A stretch of DNA of 64,000 bases from Caecitellus pseudoparvulus. Its lineage: Eukaryota > Protista > Bigyra: Bicosoecida. The position numbers and the translations under genes were made by a program. This document shows, piece by piece, positions 45,928-54,177 of this stretch. Every line of letters starts with the position of its first letter. Positions within the stretch are counted from its first letter, which is position 1. The stretch spans positions 124,001-188,000 of the forward strand of contig CBFFRQ010000078.1 of assembly GCA_965644315.1 (NCBI GenBank), in the 5' to 3' direction. The notes under the pieces are model-generated. The model did no database searches. It was not told the origin of the DNA and was given only the letters and a program-made list of their open reading frames with translations.

Positions 45928-48696
45928 ATGGCTCGCCCCCTCGTGCTGGGCGTGCTGGTGCTGGTGGCGTGTGTTGTGCAGGCGGCTGACGACGCCGTCC
46001 AACGCCAGGCCTTGCCGCCACCCCCTCCACGGCTGCTCCTGGCTGCCACAGAATGGAAACAGCTCCAAGGCAGACGCCTTGACGTGCTAGAGTCAGCCCA
46101 CTTTGTCGACGAGCTGGTGCAGACAGGTGCGTCAGTGCACGGCTTCCGACTTCTGCGTCGAGTTGCTCGTGTTGGGCACTCCGCCACCGCGCTGACGCCC
46201 TGGCTCGACGACGAGCCAGACTCAGCGCTGGTGAGCGGGTTCTCCCGCAGTGTAGCTCCGTATGTGCGCGGATCGGCCCCCGAGGATGCGGGGCACATGA
46301 CGCCCGCGCTGCACCAGCGCCGGTACGATGGTGCAGTGGCTGTGGGAAACTCTGCCGAAACGCCAAGCGCTCCGCTGCCAGACCCAGAGCGTTTTGCCCT
46401 GTTCATCCCAGCGTACGAGGCGCTGGACGGCATTCTCTGGCCTCCCACAGAGAGCTCCGCCGATCCACACGAGGTTCCTGGCTTCGACCGCAGCACACCG
46501 CCACTGTACCACCTGCAGTCCCAGGTGGGCCACGGAGCTCAAGGCGAAGTGTGGCGCGCCGTGCTGCTGAACGACCACGGCGAGCCGGACTTCTCGACTG
46601 GGTACGTCCTCAAACGCCTCTTTGCGCACAAGCCCGAGGCGCTGCTGTCAGGGGCTCGAGAGGCAGTGCTGGGCACACACCTGGCCCAGCACTGTGGCGA
46701 GGGGCACCAGTGTGCCGTGCTGGGCGCCACGCTGGCGCGATTTCACGCCCACTTCGAACGTCTGGTGCACGCGGCAGGGCACTGGGACAGGCCCAGACCT
46801 GGGGCACGGGGCGATGTGCGCCCACCCCCCCCCTCCGCCAGCATCACACCCATTGACCCCGCAGACTCCAGTGCCCTGGCGCGGGCGTTGGTGGTTGCGC
46901 TGGATGAGGGGCAGTGGGCAGGGGAGCAGTGGACTGGGGCGGGGCAGCAACCACTGCTTCCCCTCGCTCTCCCTGGTGTGACGGATGTCGCAGCGCCAGG
47001 TGGGGATGGCGCGGCGGGGGAGCGCGCACCGCCTGGGCGCGGAGAGGATGACGGGCCGGAACACACTGAGAACACGAATCGACAGCTGGAGCTGTGGCTG
47101 GTGTTCCGGGATGAAGGGCACTCCCTGCAGCAGCTGCTGTACACGGGAGGGGGCGGCCTCCTGTCGCCCGGCCCCCTGCTCCGCCGCCTGTGGAGTGCGA
47201 GTCGAGTGAGCGCACAGACCACGGTGGCGGCCTGCATGTTCCAGGCACTCGCCGCTGCGCAGGCACTGCTGGAGCTCGGCGTGCAGCACCGCGACATCAA
47301 GCCAGGGAACGTGTTCGTGGCGCCGACGCCAGAACAGGGCGAGGCGGAGGGTGGGCCCAGCCTCCCCGCTCTCGCGGCAGCTCGCCGCATCTCTGGCGTG
47401 ACGCTGCGGCTGGGAGACCTCGGCTCTGCACTGCACCTGCGCATGCCAGGCGCACGGGAGCTGTTCGGGGCCCGCGGGCCCAGTGACTGGGACACCACCA
47501 CGCCATACGCCGCGCCCGAGGTGCTGATGGGCCAACAGTATCCCCTGGCCGCCGCCTGCATCGCAAGAACCACCACAGAGACACACCTGCAGCAGTGTGT
47601 GGGTGACATGCACTGGCCCGTACCTCGCCTGTGGCCACCGGGGGCGTACGATGCCTGGAGCTTGGGGGTCATGCTGCTGGATCTGGTGCTGGCACCCCCC
47701 CTCGCAGGACACCGCGTCCACCCCCCCCCTCCAGCAGTGGCGCTGTTGGATGCCCGACTGGCCGAGGCCAGTGAGAACACACACACGCAGGTGTTCCGTG
47801 CCGTACAGGGGGCGGTGGATGCGAGGCGCTTGGGCGCCGAGAAAGCCGCCGCTGTTCTGGATAGCATTGCTGTAGGTGCATCCTTGCGCCGCCAGCAGCT
47901 GAGCCAATTGCACACGTGGGTGCATTTGCGAGCCGTGCCACTGGCACGAGTGGATGCGTTGGTGGCGGAGGCATGTGGGGGGGCCGCGCTGCAGACGCAG
48001 CTTGATGGTTTGCTGCGCCTGGGCGTGGAGGGGGCGCTGCTGGATGCGGGGCTCGAGGCCGTATTACGCGGCCATACCCAGTGCGCCCTCCTGTCAAGCT
48101 TCACTGCCACGCTGCGCAGCACACCCTACTCTCTGGCGGTCGGCCAGTCGCGAGCGCCTCAACACCACACAGGCTGGAACGCCACTTTGGAAGCACTACG
48201 AGAGGTCGCGTGGAAGGTCGCATGCGATCAGCGTGGGTCCACGCCCCACCGCCCAGGTCACCGCCACACACAGGAAGCGCCGGAGGGTGCACCCCCCCTC
48301 GCAAGCGGACTCGTGGGGGGGGGGTGGCTGGCGTCACCCCACATTCAGACTGGGTGGCAGGGCGATGTGTCAAACGGCAGCTGGAGTGGGGCACAGGAGG
48401 GCGGGGCTTCGCCTGCTCCTGAGCAGCGCTTTGTCACTCTGGGCCACCGCGGTGGACCTGGCAGCGGACGGCGTGGGCGGCGGGTCCGGAGGCGGGCGGA
48501 CACCGCCCCGGCCTGCGAGACAGTGCCCTTGGCCGAGCTCCGCCGGCCCATCGCACTCTTGGGACAGGCCGGTGAGGCAGCGTTGCGCTACCTACTGCAG
48601 CCTGACCCTGCCCAACGGCTAGTGGAGCGGGCAGCGGAAGTGCTGCGCGAGGGGGGGTGGCGGGAAGCTGGCAACCCCCCTCGTGAAACCCCCTGA
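45928..48696 (+). CDS. Signal-peptide-bearing Ser/Thr protein kinase, similar to the kinase half of the plant PP2C-kinase At3g63330-type proteins
   Basis: MARPLVLGVLVLVACVVQA|A signal peptide; GHGAQGEVWRA, YVLKRL, LSGARE, LWLVFRDEGHSLQQLLY, HRDIKPGN, LGDLGSA, LFGARGPS..YAAPE, YDAWSLGV, LLQPDPAQR. Confidence 0.8.
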   Translation: MARPLVLGVLVLVACVVQAADDAVQRQALPPPPPRLLLAATEWKQLQGRRLDVLESAHFVDELVQTGASVHGFRLLRRVARVGHSATALTPWLDDEPDSALVSGFSRSVAPYVRGSAPEDAGHMTPALHQRRYDGAVAVGNSAETPSAPLPDPERFALFIPAYEALDGILWPPTESSADPHEVPGFDRSTPPLYHLQSQVGHGAQGEVWRAVLLNDHGEPDFSTGYVLKRLFAHKPEALLSGAREAVLGTHLAQHCGEGHQCAVLGATLARFHAHFERLVHAAGHWDRPRPGARGDVRPPPPSASITPIDPADSSALARALVVALDEGQWAGEQWTGAGQQPLLPLALPGVTDVAAPGGDGAAGERAPPGRGEDDGPEHTENTNRQLELWLVFRDEGHSLQQLLYTGGGGLLSPGPLLRRLWSASRVSAQTTVAACMFQALAAAQALLELGVQHRDIKPGNVFVAPTPEQGEAEGGPSLPALAAARRISGVTLRLGDLGSALHLRMPGARELFGARGPSDWDTTTPYAAPEVLMGQQYPLAAACIARTTTETHLQQCVGDMHWPVPRLWPPGAYDAWSLGVMLLDLVLAPPLAGHRVHPPPPAVALLDARLAEASENTHTQVFRAVQGAVDARRLGAEKAAAVLDSIAVGASLRRQQLSQLHTWVHLRAVPLARVDALVAEACGGAALQTQLDGLLRLGVEGALLDAGLEAVLRGHTQCALLSSFTATLRSTPYSLAVGQSRAPQHHTGWNATLEALREVAWKVACDQRGSTPHRPGHRHTQEAPEGAPPLASGLVGGGWLASPHIQTGWQGDVSNGSWSGAQEGGASPAPEQRFVTLGHRGGPGSGRRGRRVRRRADTAPACETVPLAELRRPIALLGQAGEAALRYLLQPDPAQRLVERAAEVLREGGWREAGNPPRETP

Positions 48697-49113
48697 TGCA
48701 AGGAACTTTGCCCCTTCCACTGAAGCTACTGCAACGCACATATAACAACGTTGATACCTCAAGGTTGTGGGGATTGCCTGTGCCTGCACAGTGGCTTGTT
48801 TTTGCTGTGGAACAGGCTGCTCGAAAGGCAAGGGGTTTCGTTTTTCTGTGTGGTTGAGGGGGGTATGCGATGTGTGGGGGAGGTCACCCGCATGGGCAGT
48901 GACGGCAATTGGTCTGATGGACCTTCTCCGGTGGTGATGCAGTTCGCGAAAAGGTGGGGCGCCATGCCATGTCGCTGCAGCTCGCCATTGCAGCGCTGGG
49001 TTTCATCGACGTGCGCGGAGGCTGCTGTCCCGGACAGCAATGCAAGCAGTTTGGGACAGCAGTATGGAATTGTCAAATCCGAAGCGACCAACCCCAAATT
49101 AATGTATATTTTG

Positions 49114-51230
49114 GGAAGCAGAGGCTTTGCTTTGCTGTTTTGTGGCGTCTGTGCAGGGGTGTTGGTGTGTGAGGGTGTGGTGTGCGGAAATCGCTGGCTC
49201 CACCACGCCATGGCATGCGACAGCAGTGGCGAGTCGTTGGTGGGTCGATGGCGGGCCGCATGCGATGGTAGGCAGCCGGATGGGCTGCTGAGCATGTTGG
49301 AGGGGTGTGTCGGTGGTGGTGGTGGTGGTGGTGGTGAGGGGCTGGTGGGGTTGACGAGTGACGAGACCACGGCTGGTTTTTTGGTGGCTTGCAAGACTGG
49401 GCATGTCGGGTTGTTGCGTGTGTTGTTGGGTTTGGGTGGGGAGTGTGCTGTGGATGTGCATGCAGTGTTGAGTGGCCGTCCTGAGGCTGGTTTCCGTCTT
49501 GCGTGTGAGGGTGGGCACGTGGGTGTGGTGCGAGAGCTGTTGGCTCTGACGGGCGATCGAGCCGTGGACGTGCACGCTGGGGGTTGGGATGAGCCCGAGG
49601 CTGGTTTTCGGGTTGCGTGTGCGAATGGGCACGTGGCTGTGGTGCGTGAGCTTCTCGCGCTGAGCGGCGGGCGTGGGGTAGACGTACATGTGGGCTTCAA
49701 AGGCCTGCCAGAGGCTGGTTTTGTTCTTGCTTGTAGGAATGGGCACATTGATGTCGTGCGCGAGCTGCTGGCTCTGACCGACCACCGCGAAGTGGACGTG
49801 CACGCCGAGTTCAGGGGCGATCCTGAGTATGGTTTTCAATGGGCCTGTGCACATGGCCACCTGGATGTGGTGCGGGAGCTGCTGGCTCTGACGGGTGACC
49901 GCGAAGTGAATGTGCACGCTGGGCGTGAGGGCAAGCCTGAGTATGGTTTTCGAAGTGCTTGTGAGAATGGGCACGCAGACGTGGTGCGCGAGCTGTTAGC
50001 CTTGACCGGTTCACGAGCCGTGGATGTGCACGCAGATCGGGAGGCTGGATTCCACCTTGCCTGCTACAACGGGCACGTCGATGTGGTCCGCGAACTTCTG
50101 GCATTGAGTGGCGACCGTGAAGTGGACGTGCACGCTGGGCCTGAGGGCAAGCGCGAGTATGGCTTCCGAGTTGCCTGTCGCAATGGGCACGTCGGTGTAG
50201 TGCAAGAGCTGCTGGCTTTAGCAGGGCATCGCGAGGTGGACGTGCATGCCGGGTTCAAGGGTAAGCCTGATTATGGCTTCCGGCTTGCCTGTCAAAAGGG
50301 GCATGTGGATGTTGTGCGGGAGCTGCTGGGGCTGACAGGGCACCGAGCCGTTCCCCAGAGTGCAATGCCTCGAAAGGAAACGATTGTTCTGCTCGCACGC
50401 AAGGACCTGCGGTGGGTCGGCACCAGCTCTCGGCAGGGCCGCCGCGCCATGCTGCTGCTGCGGGCTGCGCATCGAGTTTGAGTGCGCCTGGTGTGTTGGG
50501 GGTCACTGAGGTCATCGTTGTGGCGTGCGGCGTGCTGGAGAATGCAGTGCCAGGTTTGTGTGCAGGGGCAGGGTCAGGGCAGGTGAGTGCGTGGGGCTCT
50601 GAGTGTGTCAGGGGGGGGGGGGTCGGGCATGAGGGTGAGGGCGCGAGTTGTGTGTGGGCCACCCTGCCAGCGTGGGGGAGAGGTGATGCAGTGGGCGTGG
50701 CAGTGCCATGCGTGCGTCAAAACCAGGAGACTGTCGTGGGGCACGTGTCTTGTGTGTCAGGAAGCAGAGGCTATATTGTGGCGTGCTGTGGCGTCTGTGT
50801 CGCTGTGCAGGGCGTGTTGGTTTGTGAGGGTGTGGTGTGCGGAAATCGCTGGCTCCACCACGCCATGGCATGTGACAGCAGTGGTGAGTCGTTGGTGTGT
50901 CGATGGCGGGCCGCATGCGATGGCGGTGATGTGGATGGGCTGCTGGGCATGTTGGAGGAGTGTGGTGTCGGTGGTGGTGGTGGTGGGGGCCTGGTGGGGT
51001 TGACAAGTGACGAGACAACGGCTGGTTTTTTGGTGGCTTGTGAGGCAGGGCATGTCGGGTTGCTGCGTGTGTTGTTGGGTTTGGGTGGGGAGTGTGCTGT
51101 GGATGTGCATGCAGTGTTGAGTGGCCGTCCTGAGGCTGGTTTCCGTCTTGCGTGTGAGCATGGGCACATCGGTGTGGTGCGGGAGATGTTGGCGCTGACG
51201 GGCGATCGAGCCGTGGACGTGCACGCTGGG
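49114..51230 (+). repeat. Direct duplication: about 49114-49580 matches about 50760-51230 (upstream leader + N-cap + first ankyrin units)
   Basis: Shared sequence begins at GGAAGCAGAGGCT. It includes identical GTGAGGGTGTGGTGTGCGGAAATCGCTGGCTCCACCACGCCATGGCATG and a nearly identical ~110-bp block (GGGCATGTCGGGTTG...CTTGCGTGTGAG). Confidence 0.9.
49210..50481 (+). CDS. Ankyrin-repeat protein, copy 1 (9 repeats, mostly 38 aa, intronless)
   Basis: Unit GFxxACxxGHVxVVRELLALTGDRxVDVHAxxxxxPEx. ATG in caccacgccATGg context shared with copy 2. Confidence 0.9.
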   Translation: MACDSSGESLVGRWRAACDGRQPDGLLSMLEGCVGGGGGGGGEGLVGLTSDETTAGFLVACKTGHVGLLRVLLGLGGECAVDVHAVLSGRPEAGFRLACEGGHVGVVRELLALTGDRAVDVHAGGWDEPEAGFRVACANGHVAVVRELLALSGGRGVDVHVGFKGLPEAGFVLACRNGHIDVVRELLALTDHREVDVHAEFRGDPEYGFQWACAHGHLDVVRELLALTGDREVNVHAGREGKPEYGFRSACENGHADVVRELLALTGSRAVDVHADREAGFHLACYNGHVDVVRELLALSGDREVDVHAGPEGKREYGFRVACRNGHVGVVQELLALAGHREVDVHAGFKGKPDYGFRLACQKGHVDVVRELLGLTGHRAVPQSAMPRKETIVLLARKDLRWVGTSSRQGRRAMLLLRAAHRV

Positions 51231-52553
51231 CGTGGAAGTAGCTCCGAGGCTGGATTTGTACTTGCTTGCAGGAACGGGCACGTGGCTGTGGTGTGTGAGC
51301 TGCTGGCTTTGACAGGTGATCGGGAAGTGAACGTGCATGCTGGGTTCAATGGCAGGCCCGAGGCTGGCTTCGTTCTTGCATGTGAGTATGGGAACGTGGA
51401 CGTGGTGCGTGGGTTGCTGGCACTGACGGGTGATCGTGAAGTCAATGTGCATGTGGGGCGTTGGGGCGTTCCCGAGTATGCGTTTCGTTCTGCCTGTCGG
51501 AACGGCCATCTTGGCGTGGTGCGAGAGCTGTTGGCGCTGACGGGTGACCGTGAGGTGGATGTGCACGCTGGGCTTGAGGGTCAACATGAGACTGGTTTTC
51601 AGGATGCCTGTCAGAATGGGCATGTGGGTGTGGTACGCGAGCTGCTGGCTTTGAGCGGGCACCGAGAGGTGGACGTACACGCTGAGCGTTGGGGTGTGCC
51701 TGAGGCTGGCTTCCGGCTTGCTTGTGAGAATGGACACGTAGAGGTGGTGCGCGAACTTCTGGCTCTGAGATGGCATCGTGAGGTGGATGTGCATGCGGAG
51801 GATAAGAATGGTCCCGAGGCTGGCTTTCGGCTTGCCTGTGAATATGGGCATGTGGGCATAGTCAGAGAGCTTCTGGCACTGACAGGTGACCGTGCTGTGG
51901 ATGTGCAAGCTCGGCCTGGGGGATTTCTTGAGTATTGTCTCCGGCTCGCCTGTCTGAAAGGGCACTTGGATGTGGTGCGGGAGCTGCTTGCTTTGACGGG
52001 GGATCGTGAGGTTGACGTGCACGCTGGGCCTGAGGGAGAGCCTGAGTATGGCTTCCGTTGGGCCTGTCTGAAAGGGCACGTGGATGTGGTGCGGGAGCTG
52101 CTTGCTTTGACGGGGGATCGTGAGGTTGACGTGCACGCTGGGCCTGGGGGAGAGTCTGAGTTTGGCTTCCGTTGGGCCTGTGAGAATGGGCACGTGGATG
52201 TGGTGCGGGAGCTGCTTGCTTTGACGGGGGATCGTGAGGTTGACGTGCATGCTGGGCTTTGGGGCGAGCCTGAGGCTGCCTTTCAAGCTGCGTATCAGCA
52301 TGGACACGTGGAGGTTGTGCGTGAACTGCTTGGTCTGACTGGACGCCGGGCCGTTTCACTCCAGGCTCGACAAAAAGCAGGGGCAGCAACCATACAGCTT
52401 GCCAAGGATGCTGTGTGGTTCGGCACCAGCACTCGGCCTTCCCGAGGCGCCATGCTGCTGCTGCGGGCTGTGCGGAGAGCTAGGAAGCGGTCGCGGTCAC
52501 AGGCTAGCTCGGCGGGGGTTTCGCCAGCGGGGAAGGCTCCACGCTGTGAGTGA
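50865..52553 (+). CDS. Ankyrin-repeat protein, copy 2 (12 repeats of 38 aa, intronless)
   Basis: Same unit, same N-cap (MACDSSGESL..WRAACDG) and related C-cap (LAKDAVWFGTSTRPSRGAMLLLRA) as copy 1. Confidence 0.9.
   Translation: MACDSSGESLVCRWRAACDGGDVDGLLGMLEECGVGGGGGGGLVGLTSDETTAGFLVACEAGHVGLLRVLLGLGGECAVDVHAVLSGRPEAGFRLACEHGHIGVVREMLALTGDRAVDVHAGRGSSSEAGFVLACRNGHVAVVCELLALTGDREVNVHAGFNGRPEAGFVLACEYGNVDVVRGLLALTGDREVNVHVGRWGVPEYAFRSACRNGHLGVVRELLALTGDREVDVHAGLEGQHETGFQDACQNGHVGVVRELLALSGHREVDVHAERWGVPEAGFRLACENGHVEVVRELLALRWHREVDVHAEDKNGPEAGFRLACEYGHVGIVRELLALTGDRAVDVQARPGGFLEYCLRLACLKGHLDVVRELLALTGDREVDVHAGPEGEPEYGFRWACLKGHVDVVRELLALTGDREVDVHAGPGGESEFGFRWACENGHVDVVRELLALTGDREVDVHAGLWGEPEAAFQAAYQHGHVEVVRELLGLTGRRAVSLQARQKAGAATIQLAKDAVWFGTSTRPSRGAMLLLRAVRRARKRSRSQASSAGVSPAGKAPRCE
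51960..52257 (+). repeat. Three near-identical 114-bp tandem units inside ankyrin copy 2
   Basis: Units start GGGCAC at 51960, 52074 and 52188 (114-bp spacing); each contains TGGATGTGGTGCGGGAGCTGCTTGCTTTGACGGGGGATCGTGAGGTTGACGTGCA. Confidence 0.92.
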
Positions 52554-52839
52554 GCAGGTCATGATTTCGCAGTGCACCATGCATGGCGTGGCGAGCCCAG
52601 AGAGTGCGGATATTCAGCCAGTACATGGAGTTGCGCTTGGCAGGTGCTCACACTTGGAGGTTGTGCATTGGGTGAGAATGTGGGAAGCGAAGACCACCTT
52701 GGAGTGTTGAGGCAGGGCAAGTGTGAGAAGCGTCCATCCACGTCGTGCTGGGCCCCAAAAGAGGCAGTGGCATCGTTTGCGTCGCGTGGGTTCTGCGCTC
52801 ACAATGCATTTGGCAACCTGCCGTCGGTGCATGCCCAGC

Positions 52840-53961
52840 TTAGGGGCGTTGCTTGAGGGTTTTGCCAGAGAACCCCTTCTTGACTTTGGGCTTGGTGGGG
52901 TCGCTGGTGTGGGCGCGCTTGAGCACTTGCAGGAGGGAATCCACACGGTTTCGCATGCGGGAGTGGATGTAGGACTTGGCGGCCTTGAGGTGGTACGTGA
53001 TGTACGTCCTGAAGGTGGATGCCAGGGTGAGGGTGTTGGCTAGCTTCGTGGCGTCGTCCACATGCCCCTGGAAGAAGGTCAGGGCGATGTAGCCTGAGAA
53101 GCCCTCCCCCCCTTGCGTCAGCAGGGGCAGGCCGGAGTCGGTGATTTCACGGGGGACGGTCTGGCCCGTGGCACCAAGCTCACACACAGACACAGCGGGG
53201 GCGGCGCCCATGGTGCGCTGCACATCTGCAAACTGCTGGCACAGCACCCGCACCAGTGCGGCGTCGGTGGGGTCGGGGAACTGCATGCCGTACGCGAACA
53301 TGACTCTGTCCGGGCCAGGCAGGAAGTACGTCGTCTCGGTGCCCTTGAAGTTGACGCAGAAGGGCGCCAGGGACACGCTGGTGCCCGCCTGCAGGTGCGT
53401 CAGCAGGTGTTTGTAGGGGGCTCCGGCGACGTGGTGCTTGATGGCGGCGAAGGTGTCCACGACGACGCTTGCGTCCTCTGGCAAGGCAGTGGAGTTCACC
53501 TGCAGGGTCACACCGGAGTCTGAGGCCACAAGGTACTTCTCAAGGGCCGTTGCTGCAGGCTCGAAGGCTCCAGCGCTGTGAGGAGGGCGCGGGGGGGCCT
53601 GTGCTTCTGCCAGCGAGGCATGAGCCAGGGAGGCAGTCGCGGCACGCACGCCTTGATTTGCGCGATGTACGGCGCGTCGATGTGGCAGGTGAAGACGTTA
53701 GGGTCAGTCTTCTTGCTGCTGCTGATCTGGATGGTGGTGTCTGAGGGCGGGGTGCAGGGGTACGACTGTGAGCCGTGCTGGAAGTGCAGCGGCAGTGCAC
53801 TTGGCAAGCCTACCATCAAAGTCTCCCACCACGAACTGGGCGTGCTCGGCAGGGTCCTCTCCAAGCAAGTGATCGTACATGTACTGCTCCACGATTCGGT
53901 TCTTGGTTTCCAGGAACAGCGTCGCGCCGGTCTTTTCGCCGGCCCCTGACGCGGCTGCCAT
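52840..53961 (-). CDS. ARPC2: Arp2/3 complex subunit 2 (p34-Arc), 2 introns
   Basis: LFLETKNRIVE..VGDFD|D; DRV..FPDPTDAAL..QQF; GYIALTFF..H; TFRTYITYHLKAAKSYIHSRMRNRVDSLLQVLKRA; KKGFSGKT. Confidence 0.92.
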
Positions 53962-54177
53962 GGTGCTGCAGTTGGCTCTTGGCGCAGAGCGACACCGTTG
54001 GGTTGGGCAAGGGGGTGCAGCGTGTCGAGGATGGTGCAGGGGCAGCACCTGGGCGGCACAACAGTTTACTGGTGTTGTTTTGTGTGGCCCCTGAACCCGT
54101 CTCTGTGGCTCCCGCCTTGCTCCGGCGCCCGGCGTGGTGCTGCTTTTGACGCCGACGTCCACCATCACAGAGCCGCC

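Noticed and set aside
49400-52330. Regularly spaced repeats with variable inserts resembling a CRISPR array or TALE repeats
   Set aside because: Units are in-frame codons with synonymous variation, match the ankyrin consensus, and there are no cas genes. There is no TALE framework.
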